A DNA stretch of 61,478 nt from a virus (Duplodnaviria; Caudoviricetes): positions 1 to 61,478 of the IMG/VR virus record IMGVR_UViG_3300020595_000038; one strand, written 5' to 3'. Within the stretch, counting starts at the first letter, position 1; every line of letters begins with the position of its first letter. The notes under the pieces were generated by a model, which was not told the DNA's origin, made no database searches, and was given only the letters and a program-made list of their open reading frames with translations. Of this stretch, positions 48,059-59,500 are shown one piece after another. A program made the translations under genes and the position numbers.

Positions 48059-51000
48059 TTAAGTTTTAATAATTGAAGCGGCTTGATAAACTTGACCAAA
48101 TACACTTACTGGTTCTGATGATCCTGTAAGATTAGGTATGCTAGCAAACGAACTTACTTTAAATGTTATATATCTAGAGATCCTATAATTAGCAGGTATA
48201 TATACTTGGATTGTATCAGATGCCTGATTATTTGTAAAAGAAACTGATACATTTTCCGACTCAATTAATGAATTATTTGAATCAGCAGTAACTTGTATCG
48301 AACCTGCTGCTATTCCTGTCTTTACATTTTTAGTAACATCTATACTCACATAACCTCCATCAGCAGAAACGCTACTAGAGTTTAATCTAAAACCTCCAAT
48401 ACCAATACTTGAACTACCAGTCGCTAATGTCTCTACAGTTCCATAAGATGTTCCTGCATCATTTTTAGCATATGCTCTCCAGTAATAAGTTGTATTATCC
48501 ACTAACAACACAGAACTACTTTCAAATAAATATGGGAAAGTACTTATAGTAGACTGAGGATTGGTGATAGTGATTACACCGCTTAGACCTATTGTAGGTG
48601 TAGCCTGAGTAGAACTGTATACAAATCCTCTCTGTGTTATACCATTAGTTCCTGCTGAAGATCCACCATTATCTGATATTACCCCACCAAAGGTATTTCT
48701 AAGTTGACTGTAAGACTTTGACTCTACTGTTGGTGATTTTGTGCTTGATGCTCCTGTTGAAGTCGCATTACATATACCATATTGAGTTCCGAAATCGGAA
48801 ATCAAATACGTTTTAGAATATACTATTGTATCTGCACTTATTCCAGTTATAGAATGATCTATGTCTGTTATAGCATCCGATGACACTACTTTGGTCACCC
48901 CGGATCCTCCGATAGTAGGACTAGTATTAGATGTTGAATAAACAAATCCATACTCCGATGCTGATGCTCTATTTAATGTGATGCTTGAATTTAAATCAAG
49001 ACCACTTGCAGTTATGTTGTCAACAATAATAACATCCACCTCAGGTCTTTTAAGAGGTCTGGTGTCGATAACGATAGAATCTATATCTTCACTTACTGAT
49101 GTTATTTTAATATCAAAACCTCCTGATTGATAACCTATTGAGCCAATCACATTTCCAACTACAGATATTCTGTTTGATGGTATTGCTGTGCATACACCTA
49201 ATGAGCATTCTGTGAAATTAGCAGTATTATTATTTCCGCTTCCTAATTGCCATGGGAAGTTAGATTCTCCTGGTATTGTTAAATTACCATTTGATATATC
49301 AAATTCTTTTTCCTCAAGAAATAAGGACTCTGATAGTGTTGCACCTGTTATTCTAAATGGTGTTGAGCCATTTAATACATTTCCATATAAATAACTAGAA
49401 TCGTTAGTGTAGTCAGTTACATTTGACACATTAACCTTCCCTGTAGATCCTTTAATTTCTCTATTTAATGCAATTTCAATAGTATCGATACTATCGCCAA
49501 AGACATTTGAAAATACAATTGATCCAGTTCCTGCTGTGAAATGACTATCAGAGTCTTGACTAAAACCTCCTGAACTAGCGTTTACCACAGTAATACCACT
49601 TCCTATTGGAGATGCAATAACATCTGAGGGTATAGTAAATGAATAAGGACTAGTAAAATTAAATGTCCCTACTCCATCTATAACTGTCATTTGTCCTGTT
49701 ATATTCCATGGAGACTTTACGATAACACTAACTACCTTGGTAGTAGGCTCTTCGCCTACGTTTATAATATCTATAACAGGAGTGTCTGGGTAATAAGCAT
49801 CTTCTTGTAGTGTTACAGTTGTTTCTCCTGTCTTAGGTAAACTTAAAATATATTCTGAATTATAATCGTCATATGTTCCTATAACAAAATTAGGCAGACT
49901 GTCTTGGACTATAATTTTAGACTTCTCTTTAAAAAATGTTTTCATTTTAACATCTCCAATTGCTAACAAACCATTAGCGTCATATTTAACTACAGTGTGA
50001 TTTTTAACATCAAACCAAAAAGCACTTCCTTCATTAATTGCAACTGACTCAGGGTGCATTGTTCCATAAGATCCTTTTAAGGTATTTATAGTTCCTATAA
50101 CACCAGATGAAACCGCTAAAAACTGTCCACCACTTGATGCTTGTTGTAATTGTTGTTCTCCTAGATATATTCCAGAAGTTTCGTTTTCTGATATCGCTAA
50201 CATTAAAGATCCGGTAGACTGTGTTTTACTAGTAACCTTTAAAGATCTTAATGGTCCAGTAGCATCATCTAATCTTTTCTCGTCTAAAGCACTAAACTTT
50301 GATAAGCCGTTTATTTTACCTCCTGGGATTTTTGTTTCGCTAAAAACAATACCTGTAGTTTTTATTTGACTACTAACCTCGGATGGCACTAAGTTTGGTT
50401 TACCTGTAATTTGAGTCCAGTTTAAAAAATAATCAGTACTAGGATTCATAGATTCTGCTGCATATGAATACTCATCAGGTAAGTCTACTCTAAAATCATG
50501 GTTAGTATCTACCTTTGCTTCTCCATCCCAGTTTTGCTCTAGATTACTTTTAATAATCATATGAACCAAGGTTCCATCCGATGTACTTACTTGAGTTGAA
50601 GTATTGTTATTTGTCTCTGAGTCAAGTATGTATATTTTATTCTTACCATTGTCCCCTGCTAAATCGATTGTACCTCTTCTAAAGAATATACGATGATCAG
50701 GATGAACAGCACATATTTTTTGACCAAAGTCAGATTCCCAAAAGAACTCTTCTATTGTAGGGTAATTCTGAGTTATTTCTGATGGTGACATCTCTACAGT
50801 CCATTCACGATTTTCATCGCCAAATGTCTTATTCTGATGCTCTTTCTGATGTAATTTAACATCACTGCCTTCCGCTATAGTTCCATTAGGAGGTGAAGTA
50901 ATTGTTGAATATGTAAAACTATTTACATTTCCTAGACCATCCCCTAAAGTTTTTCCATGAACTGCCCATTTTTCACCAACTGTATGTCCAGTCGTTGAAG

Positions 51001-53284
51001 CAAAAGTGATTTGAACTCCATATGCTAAAACTTGAGCACTACCTGTTATTGTAGTGGTATTCCCAAAAGGAGTATTTGTCATCCTTTCACTAGACTTTCT
51101 TGCCCTCCATTGAAATTGATCTGCACTACCTGAAGTAGAAGTTATCTTAATCTCAAATCTTCTGTCATTCGACCCTGAATAAACACCTAGTCCAGTGTTT
51201 GCGGTCATATCATTTAAACCCTGTCCATGAAAATATGAAAATCCTATATATGCTGTTCTTCCTTCAATAGGATCGTTATAGTCATTCGATGAGTATGCTG
51301 AACCCTCTGCAAAGTGCGGCTCTACATCAGATGTGTCAGCCTTTAAAGATCTTAAATAAACATCTCCAATTAGATTTCCTGTTGGCTCTGAGAATTCAGG
51401 CCTTTGATTGGGTTGTCTAAGAATTCTACCATTAAAACATTCATAATAAAATTCATTTGGTTGTATTTTATGTGGACTGTATATTTCATATACAATTGAA
51501 TAATCAACGTTTGCTAGTGATGTTTGAGATAAGTAGTTACCATCATTTAAATTAACTAAATTTGATTTTACATACTTACCTTCTTGTCCTGTTATTGCAA
51601 ACTCAACTACGTTGCTAGGTGTTATGAGTTTTATTCGGTCACCCTCTTGATAACTATATCCTTGCTTGTAAGATGTTAAATCTCCAAGACCAATCGCTAC
51701 ACCTTCATGTTTACCTGAGTAAGAAACAAATTCGTTCTGAGAAAAAGTTCCATTAGGACTGTTTGATATTCCCTGACTATCATTTTGAGTGTTTTCAGGA
51801 AATTCTTTTTCTATATTTACAGAAAACCCACCTGTAGAAGCAGTATTATAATATCTTACTTTATCAGAAAGATTTGATATTGTAAAGTCTTTTGTTAAGT
51901 TTTTAGTTCTAACTATAGCATAATATTCTGCCCAGTCTGGAATTTTATCTTTTAATGAATCGTTTAAAGTAAATCCTACAGATGAATTGTAAGTACTTAA
52001 TTGTATACCTCTTTCTGGAGTTATAACTTTTAACGTATCATCAGTCAAAACCCCTCCAGTTCTTCCTGCAAAATCAAAAAAAGCGATCCCTACCTGATAA
52101 GCAGATGAATGAGCAAAACCAACTTTTCCACCTCTATTTCTGTCGTATTGAGAAAAACTATCGGTAAAGTTTTGGCTTATTGTTTCTAAAGTAATATCCT
52201 CAGAGGTTATCTGGCTTGGATTTAACCTTCCTTCTTTAATGTTTCCTAAGAACAATCTATTTCTAGCAATACTTAGGGCCTCAGCCTCATAAGGAACTGT
52301 ATCGTATAATTTTATAGAGGAGACATCATCTACCGCAAATCCTAAAACATCGTTATAAAAATCTGCTGTAATAACACCTTGAGTACCAATTGTTTGTGCT
52401 GAAAAAACTGTAGCATGTGTTATGCTATCAAATTCCTTCCATATAAAATAAGATGTGTCATTATCAAATTTTACAGCAAACTGTACTTTATGTACATCTT
52501 GTGATACTCCATAACCTTCTGCCTCAAACCGAGGAAATTCTACCTTTATTTTCTTTGATACTTTATGATCCGTATCGTCCATATCTTGATTAGGATAATG
52601 GTGTGAAGCAGGTGAAAAGACACTTGTCTCACCATCCTTATATATGTATCTATATGCAAAAGTATGTGCTCTAGATTTTAAAAAGGATGTATCTCTTGTG
52701 CTATCTTCTTGAACTATTATGTTCAAAGGAAGCATTGGAGGCTTACGAATTAAAGTAATTATTGGTTTTTCAATTGGCTGTTGATATGCCTCTTCTGAAG
52801 TTACGTAGTCTATATTGTTTGTCGCAATACCTCTCTCTACATTTATTCTAAATGGCTCTCTTCCATCAACACCGGTCCAATATAATAAATCATCTATATA
52901 TGCTATACCTGTTATAGGCTTGTCTTTATTAAAGTTTAATCTATAAGCAGAAGACAAATTAGAATCAGTCAGAACCTTGTATATTGTCTCTAACTTAGAC
53001 TTATAACAATATATAGCACTTACTCCATAAGCCGCAACTAAAAAATAAAATATATCATTAGTAGTTGGATCTTCATAAGAACCAATAACTTTTGTGTCTT
53101 GTGAAAAACTCTGATTGTTAATTATTCGTCTTGTGCCATCTACATTAGAAAGAGACCCTGCTTTTCCTTCAGCGGAGGATACAACTCTTGCGTTTAACGC
53201 ATCTAAATTATCTTGGCCAGTTTGGGCAAATATAGAGTCATCAGTATTTAAACCTGCAATAAATGTTTTTTTTGTGTTCTCCAT
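48059..53284 (-). CDS. Tail nozzle/stabilisation protein, N-terminal part with FN3-like extension
   Basis: FIAGLNTD...DALNAR, LYWT...PFRIN, FAYRYIYKDGE, NRLFLGN, YGTMHPES; C-terminal RGFVYS...YYWRAYAKN modules. Confidence 0.8.
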   Translation of the reverse strand: MENTKKTFIAGLNTDDSIFAQTGQDNLDALNARVVSSAEGKAGSLSNVDGTRRIINNQSFSQDTKVIGSYEDPTTNDIFYFLVAAYGVSAIYCYKSKLETIYKVLTDSNLSSAYRLNFNKDKPITGIAYIDDLLYWTGVDGREPFRINVERGIATNNIDYVTSEEAYQQPIEKPIITLIRKPPMLPLNIIVQEDSTRDTSFLKSRAHTFAYRYIYKDGETSVFSPASHHYPNQDMDDTDHKVSKKIKVEFPRFEAEGYGVSQDVHKVQFAVKFDNDTSYFIWKEFDSITHATVFSAQTIGTQGVITADFYNDVLGFAVDDVSSIKLYDTVPYEAEALSIARNRLFLGNIKEGRLNPSQITSEDITLETISQNFTDSFSQYDRNRGGKVGFAHSSAYQVGIAFFDFAGRTGGVLTDDTLKVITPERGIQLSTYNSSVGFTLNDSLKDKIPDWAEYYAIVRTKNLTKDFTISNLSDKVRYYNTASTGGFSVNIEKEFPENTQNDSQGISNSPNGTFSQNEFVSYSGKHEGVAIGLGDLTSYKQGYSYQEGDRIKLITPSNVVEFAITGQEGKYVKSNLVNLNDGNYLSQTSLANVDYSIVYEIYSPHKIQPNEFYYECFNGRILRQPNQRPEFSEPTGNLIGDVYLRSLKADTSDVEPHFAEGSAYSSNDYNDPIEGRTAYIGFSYFHGQGLNDMTANTGLGVYSGSNDRRFEIKITSTSGSADQFQWRARKSSERMTNTPFGNTTTITGSAQVLAYGVQITFASTTGHTVGEKWAVHGKTLGDGLGNVNSFTYSTITSPPNGTIAEGSDVKLHQKEHQNKTFGDENREWTVEMSPSEITQNYPTIEEFFWESDFGQKICAVHPDHRIFFRRGTIDLAGDNGKNKIYILDSETNNNTSTQVSTSDGTLVHMIIKSNLEQNWDGEAKVDTNHDFRVDLPDEYSYAAESMNPSTDYFLNWTQITGKPNLVPSEVSSQIKTTGIVFSETKIPGGKINGLSKFSALDEKRLDDATGPLRSLKVTSKTQSTGSLMLAISENETSGIYLGEQQLQQASSGGQFLAVSSGVIGTINTLKGSYGTMHPESVAINEGSAFWFDVKNHTVVKYDANGLLAIGDVKMKTFFKEKSKIIVQDSLPNFVIGTYDDYNSEYILSLPKTGETTVTLQEDAYYPDTPVIDIINVGEEPTTKVVSVIVKSPWNITGQMTVIDGVGTFNFTSPYSFTIPSDVIASPIGSGITVVNASSGGFSQDSDSHFTAGTGSIVFSNVFGDSIDTIEIALNREIKGSTGKVNVSNVTDYTNDSSYLYGNVLNGSTPFRITGATLSESLFLEEKEFDISNGNLTIPGESNFPWQLGSGNNNTANFTECSLGVCTAIPSNRISVVGNVIGSIGYQSGGFDIKITSVSEDIDSIVIDTRPLKRPEVDVIIVDNITASGLDLNSSITLNRASASEYGFVYSTSNTSPTIGGSGVTKVVSSDAITDIDHSITGISADTIVYSKTYLISDFGTQYGICNATSTGASSTKSPTVESKSYSQLRNTFGGVISDNGGSSAGTNGITQRGFVYSSTQATPTIGLSGVITITNPQSTISTFPYLFESSSVLLVDNTTYYWRAYAKNDAGTSYGTVETLATGSSSIGIGGFRLNSSSVSADGGYVSIDVTKNVKTGIAAGSIQVTADSNNSLIESENVSVSFTNNQASDTIQVYIPANYRISRYITFKVSSFASIPNLTGSSEPVSVFGQVYQAASIIKT

Positions 53285-53286
53285 CC

Positions 53287-54039
53287 TTAAGATTTGACAG
53301 CAGCATTCGTATGAGATCTTAAAGACTTAAGAACGTCATCCATAGTCAACTGATAATTTCTACTTCTATATCTTTTGTGAGAATGTATCCATTCTTCTTT
53401 AGCCATTAATTTATGATTCATAGGAATAGTTCTATCATGTTCTGAGAACCTCCATAAAATATATCTCTCAACTGCTTCTGCGGCATAAGCCGGCATTGTT
53501 GTAGCGTCTGAACTATTATCAGAAAAACCTGTAGTAACATAATCTAAAACAATTTCTTTGCATGTTCCAAGTGAAGGATCAAGCATAATTTTTTGTCTCT
53601 CAGGAATTACCATAAAGGAATTCTTGTAAGTAGGTTTATGACCAAAATGTCTTCCTACATGCTCGCCTTTGTCATTTGCACGATGTACATATCCCTCTGA
53701 ATTTATGATGCCTTCTCCTTCTACATCTGGAAAAGGTATTTGGTTACCATCACTATCCAAATTCATTAATCTATTAAAAGAGTGTTTTTCTATTAATTTT
53801 ATTACATACTGTCCATTTTCCCAACCTAATCTTATATAATCTACGTAGTCATCTGGTAAGGTTACTTCATTATTAGCATCCACTGCTAACCTTATAGACT
53901 TGGTTTTAAGCGAAGAATCATAATTAATTTCTTTTACAGCCTTTAAAGCATAATGTAAATAATGCATATAATAATGTATAGGCTTACCTGCTGTTAATAG
54001 AGCCGAACGTACTATCTCATTTACTGTGTATACTTTCAT
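53287..54039 (-). CDS. Tail ring/adaptor protein
   Basis: LPDDYVDYIRL motif; synteny. Confidence 0.65.
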   Translation of the reverse strand: MKVYTVNEIVRSALLTAGKPIHYYMHYLHYALKAVKEINYDSSLKTKSIRLAVDANNEVTLPDDYVDYIRLGWENGQYVIKLIEKHSFNRLMNLDSDGNQIPFPDVEGEGIINSEGYVHRANDKGEHVGRHFGHKPTYKNSFMVIPERQKIMLDPSLGTCKEIVLDYVTTGFSDNSSDATTMPAYAAEAVERYILWRFSEHDRTIPMNHKLMAKEEWIHSHKRYRSRNYQLTMDDVLKSLRSHTNAAVKS

Positions 54040-54668
54040 ATCTGACTATTTGAATCTGATGTCTTATCTACTTGCTTTGGTAGAGCACCAATTAATGTTA
54101 AGACTTCTTTTACCACAGCCTCTTCCATTTCAGCAGGAAGTGCGAGGTAATCGTATTCTCCTTGAATACTTGGATCTACAATTAATAATTGAATCCTTAC
54201 TTGAGACTTCTCATTCGTGGGTACGTCTGGAGTGAAATAAACATAACCTCCTTCTGCCCAATAACCTGAGTGAGTCTCTAAATATTGTAATTGATCTTGT
54301 TGACTTATTAAATTATACTGACCTGTTTGAAATGGTATATATTCTCTACTACAACTTAAATCAGTGACAGACCAAACCCCCATATTTCTAGGTAGTGATA
54401 TAGGAAAAACAGGTAGAATAGCATGTGAATAAGGCATGTTTGAATTAGGCGGATTAACGCTTACTATATATGTTGTAACTAAGGTGTGCGGAGGAAACAT
54501 TTCGCCTCCTGCCATATTCATACTTAAGTGCTCAGTCTTTAGTAATCTATTAATTACTTGACCAACCAATAAATTTATATCGTCTCTTGTTATATCTTTT
54601 TCATCATTTGGACTACCGCCTGAGTATAATCTTAATATTTGATCTGTTAACTTTCCTTTCGTTATCAT
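54036..54668 (-). CDS. Tail ring/adaptor protein
   Basis: Synteny; LPAEMEEAVVKEVL. Confidence 0.55.
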   Translation of the reverse strand: MITKGKLTDQILRLYSGGSPNDEKDITRDDINLLVGQVINRLLKTEHLSMNMAGGEMFPPHTLVTTYIVSVNPPNSNMPYSHAILPVFPISLPRNMGVWSVTDLSCSREYIPFQTGQYNLISQQDQLQYLETHSGYWAEGGYVYFTPDVPTNEKSQVRIQLLIVDPSIQGEYDYLALPAEMEEAVVKEVLTLIGALPKQVDKTSDSNSQI

Positions 54669-55537
54669 AGTCCTGTTTGATTTTTAACCTCAGTATATTG
54701 AGTTACATTTAAATCCTCTAAGTGAACACCTAAAGCATTTAATGCTTTGTTAATGATGTCGTTTATACAGTCTTCTGGCCAATCCAAATTCCTACTACCA
54801 GGTAAAGTGTAGGTCGCCCCTGCATTAACTATTGTTCCATTGGGTAGGGTAAGTGTTGATCCTGCTGTAAATGTTGCTACAGTATTAGTAGGATTATGTA
54901 CTATTTTTCTTCCATCTACTACATGACTAAATAAAGGTGTTGTAGGTCTAGTTAAATACATTATATATCCTGAGTGTTCTATTTCTGGAAACAATTGTAT
55001 TTTTCTACCGGCATCTCCTAATATAGCGATTGGTGATAGTGCACTTGGTGCGGAAACTTGAGAAACAAGTCTATCTGCTAACTGATCTTCACTAACAACC
55101 TGTACAGGCTTAGAATAGGTTCTGTCTAATGTTCCTTGTGAATATGTTACAGCACCATCTGCAACAACATAACTGTTGTTTGTTGTATTATTTAAAGTTC
55201 CAACAACATACAATCCTAGTAGATGTAAATATTCTGGATTATTACCACCACCTGAGTTTGTGAAGTTACCTAAATCTAAAACACCATTAGCGTTTGCGGT
55301 AAATTGTCTTCGCATTTTAAAGTACCTAAGATCATCAGATATTTTCTGTGTCTGACCATAGGCAACTGGTGGAATAGGTCTACCGGGCTGATATTGTTTA
55401 GGATTGCCATACAATTCCATAAACTTAGACATCTGTCCTCGGTCTATAGCGGCATCAATATCATTATGCGATACATACCCGGTAGTTTCTTTATTTAGAA
55501 TAAAGACTATGTAATCATGAATCTCCTTTATCGTCAT
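54665..55537 (-). CDS. Tail ring/adaptor protein
   Basis: ILNKETTGYV...GQMSKF, YLTRPTTP motifs of crAss-like ring proteins. Confidence 0.65.
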   Translation of the reverse strand: MTIKEIHDYIVFILNKETTGYVSHNDIDAAIDRGQMSKFMELYGNPKQYQPGRPIPPVAYGQTQKISDDLRYFKMRRQFTANANGVLDLGNFTNSGGGNNPEYLHLLGLYVVGTLNNTTNNSYVVADGAVTYSQGTLDRTYSKPVQVVSEDQLADRLVSQVSAPSALSPIAILGDAGRKIQLFPEIEHSGYIMYLTRPTTPLFSHVVDGRKIVHNPTNTVATFTAGSTLTLPNGTIVNAGATYTLPGSRNLDWPEDCINDIINKALNALGVHLEDLNVTQYTEVKNQTGL

Positions 55538-55799
55538 CTTTTTCTACATTAGCAGAAGGTTGATCGACTATTTCTCCAGTTGTAACATCAATTTGAACTT
55601 CTCCATGTTCCTCTTTCAATTCTTCGGATAATTCTTGCATTTCCTTAGACACTTCACTAAAAGAATCTTGTAATTCCTTTACTCTGTTATCTACATTTTG
55701 CTGCATTAATTGTGTTTCACCAAGAGCGATTTTAATGTCAACCTGCTTCTTGTTAAGTTCTTGGATTTTATCCAAGTGTTCTGTGCTTACTTTTTTCAT
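55515..55799 (-). CDS. Small coiled-coil protein, possible fibre chaperone
   Basis: Coiled coil ending HGEVQIDVTTGEI. Confidence 0.55.
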   Translation of the reverse strand: MKKVSTEHLDKIQELNKKQVDIKIALGETQLMQQNVDNRVKELQDSFSEVSKEMQELSEELKEEHGEVQIDVTTGEIVDQPSANVEKDDDKGDS

Positions 55800-55903
55800 C
55801 TGTTAAATATTTATTGTTAATGTTTGTTCCCACAAATAAAGGGGATATATACCAGTAAGTATACATTATTTATAATCGGAAGTTGAGTTGGGAGTATAGA
55901 GAA

Positions 55904-56197
55904 TTATTTCCTGATACCAGGGTCTTTTGGATCCTTTGGTTCTTCTTTACCACCTGCATCATGGTCATAATTATACCATTGAGAAAACCTATCTGGTTTT
56001 GGCCCATGACCTGGATATTCAGGACTGTTTACGTTTGTACGTTCGTAAGAAACTTGGCTACCGGCTTCATTACCTCCAAAAATAATATCCGAAAAAGATA
56101 CTACTCCCTGTTCTTTAAGTAGTAAGTCATAATCGTTAGATTCTTTTTCGTTAGATATACCCCTTAAACTTATTGGTCCTTCAGATGGTACTGCCAT
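55904..56197 (-). CDS. Small fibre-associated protein
   Basis: MAVPSEGPISL...FSQWYNYDHD resembles fibre-tip adhesin N-termini. Confidence 0.5.
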   Translation of the reverse strand: MAVPSEGPISLRGISNEKESNDYDLLLKEQGVVSFSDIIFGGNEAGSQVSYERTNVNSPEYPGHGPKPDRFSQWYNYDHDAGGKEEPKDPKDPGIRK

Positions 56198-56199
56198 TT

Positions 56200-56556
56200 T
56201 TAAATAGTTGTTTGAGGCTCTAATTTAACTATCCAAGGTGCTGAAGTTTGCTGAAATTTATTCTCTTCGGCTACTATGATTTGCTTATCAATAATTGTAA
56301 TAGCAATCGATCTCTCGTCTGTATCACTAACCCAAGGCTTGATGTTAGCCTCAACTAAATCATCAAATACAATGTAATCATCTCCAGGTAGATCCAGATC
56401 CTTAGTATATCTAAGAGATGCTTTTGTTCCTGATTCAGAAGTTCCTACCCATTCATACTCAACTCTAGTAACTAGATTCTCATAATCTTTATCACCATCC
56501 TTAAGAGTTGGAGCACAATACAATTCTACTATTTTTAATTCATAATTATTTGCCAT
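56200..56556 (-). CDS. Tail fibre assembly-like protein
   Basis: Follows the fibre; YIVFDDLVEANIKPWV...PW. Confidence 0.55.
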   Translation of the reverse strand: MANNYELKIVELYCAPTLKDGDKDYENLVTRVEYEWVGTSESGTKASLRYTKDLDLPGDDYIVFDDLVEANIKPWVSDTDERSIAITIIDKQIIVAEENKFQQTSAPWIVKLEPQTTI

Positions 56557-59500
56557 GACACGTACACATTTTGAGTTTTAAATTATTTATTTGTTCTTGT
56601 TGTTCTTGAACTGCTCCTATTAATACTGAGACTAAGTGTTCGTAATCAACTGTTTTGTAAGTGGTTGTGGAACTATCCTCTAATCTTTCTTGATCTCTTA
56701 CAACTTCTGGTACAATTTCTTCTACCTCTTGTGCAATAAGTCCAATATTAGTTTTCCCTTTTCGTTCACCCGATTTCCATTGGTAACTTACAGGATGTAA
56801 TGACATCACTTTTTCTAAGTTGTTTTCTAAAGGCTTTATATTGGTTTTTAATCTTCTATCTGAAAAATCCCAAAATCCAACAATATCTGAGGCCATATGT
56901 AAAACACCTTTAGCGTTTACCTGCCCTCTTGTTTGGCCACCAGTCATAAACTGTATTGGATGACTTGACATTGTACCTATCTTACCTGCTCCATGACCTG
57001 TATGAGCATACATTGTAGTAATGATTCCATCACTAACAGATTTCACATCCAATCTAGCATGAGAAGATCCTGCAACATTTACTCTGGCATTCCAACCTCC
57101 ATCGTTACTTACACTTCCATGACCATTTCCAAACTCATTATAACTATTACTAAAGGTTTTAGATCCTGAAAGAGTTTCATTAGCACTTTTTACAGAATAA
57201 TCACTTGGTGTAAAGTTTTCTTCAGTCCAATATGACCAAACTTGCCTTTGAGTTCCACCTTCTAATCTAGAATATCTTGGCACTCCCCAGAAAGGTCGAA
57301 TATCTACAGTATTATAATAGGTTGAACCATTACCATGATTACCAATCCAATAATTTGCCCAACCTGAATACCCTGAAAAAGCACCAGAGGTTTGATAAAA
57401 AGTTCCTTCATCAGATCCATATCCAACTTCTGCTAATCCGTTTGCTTTATCTACTGTAGAAGAATTTACATTCGCTTGAGTAACGTAACCTGCTTTATCA
57501 ATAACAGCAGTAATTTCTTCATCGGAACGTTGAGTATTCGTATTAGTAGATGTAATAACACCTGTTGTTGCATTATATTGTGAATTCCCACTTGCTGATA
57601 TTTTACCTCTAACTTGTGCAGTAGTTAACTGAGTGTTGTTATCCGTTGTTTTATACCCTGCATCGGCATGATTACCCCATCCATGAGCAGTTTTTCCGTT
57701 AGCAACATCCGTTGTAGAGAAATGTCCTGAATCATGTATCTTTCTCCAGGCTTGCCAGGTTCCACTATTTTTACCTCTTGTGGATAGTTCTCCTGTTCTG
57801 AAATTACTAAATATTTGAGAAACCCAACTTGAACTATATGCTGCTACAAAAAGACCTCCATCAGCATAACCTGCATCAGATGATCCGTTTGTATAACCAG
57901 TCATATTACTGGTTGCACTATTTATTGCAATAGCATTACCACTATTTCTTGATGTAAACGTACTACCTGCAAAATTATAGGTAGTATTATTGTCCGTTGT
58001 TTTATACCCTGCATCGGCATGATTACCCCATCCATAAGCAGTGTTCCAGTTGCCTGAATTGTTAGTCAGGTTACCTGAATCCCATATCTTTTTATTTGTT
58101 CCCCAAACAGTATCACTTGTCGCTGTTCTTCTCCATAAGTGATCTCCAGAAAATATTAATTGCTCCTGTCTATGACTTGAGTGCCATGAACTCCACTTAG
58201 AAACTGTAAGTAATGCGTGCCATCCATCGCCACCAACTCCTGTGTCAGCATTGTTTTGGAAATCCCATTGAGCGTATCTATCATTATAGTATGAAGGTGC
58301 TCTTGCAGCACCTCTAGTGTCCGAAATATAAACCCTATCATTAGATGATGTTAGTGTACCTGTATTTTTAGTGAAACCAAATTTAGCAATATCTTCTTCA
58401 TTTAATTGAGTATTTGTATCGGTTTTGATATAACCCATTTCTCCGACTTGAGCATCAGTTAATTGAGTATTCGTATCCGTATAGGTTTTAATATAACCCA
58501 TTTCTTCAATTTGAGCATCGGTTAATTGAGTGTTTGTGTCTGTATACGATGTTAAATAATTTGCTTTTGAATGGTCACCCCAATCATATGCAGCATTCCA
58601 TTCTCCTGAATTCCCACCTGATGCTGTGACTACACCACTTGTCCATATATTACCTGACATTCCGATAGCAGCACCTGCTGTTCCGTTATTGACAAATACT
58701 ATTTGATGGCCACCTGCCATTGTTCCTCCTGTCTTATTGTTTGTATGTTTATAAGCGATACCATACAGATTACCAAAGTTAGTACCACTTGCATGGTTTT
58801 TATAACCTGTACCCATTGCCCATACATGGTCTGTTTTGGTAGAATCATATGTACCAAAAATACCTTCATCTCTTGCTGTAGAGACTAGTCCTCCTGAGAA
58901 TGAATCATCAGCATTACTTCTAAGGTATTTTGTATCTGTCTGATCAGTTATATCAAAATCTTTTATATATCCTGCACTAGCGTGATCTCCCCATCCGTAT
59001 GCTGTGTTCCAGTTATTGGACGTACCGCTTTTAGTTGTTATAACACCAGACATGTAACCACCAAGAGCAGATATATTTCCCCCTTCAGCAGCCCCAATTC
59101 TATTTCCATAGTACTCAAATTCAGAAATACCATAAGTTATATTTCCTGTTACAAAAGGAGCACTTGTTCTTGCCTTAAGAGTAAATTCAATATCTGTAGC
59201 GTAGTTGCCAATAGGCATAACCCCTCTAAGTTTAGCAGAACCTACTTTAGTTAAACTTGTTACTGGATACCAGTTACCATCTTTGTTTTTAACCCTTGCT
59301 GACCATGTTTCCGGGAAAGGACTAGAATAAAAACATATATCAAAGAAACCTGCACAGTATGTTATACCATTGTTGTTTTTATTTCCAGATTGTAAATACT
59401 GAAGGTTTATGTTATATACTTTAGTTTCACCTGCGGATGTTCCAAATAACCTATTTTGATTATACTCTTCAAAGTTTTGATTTGATAACTTCTTAGAAGC

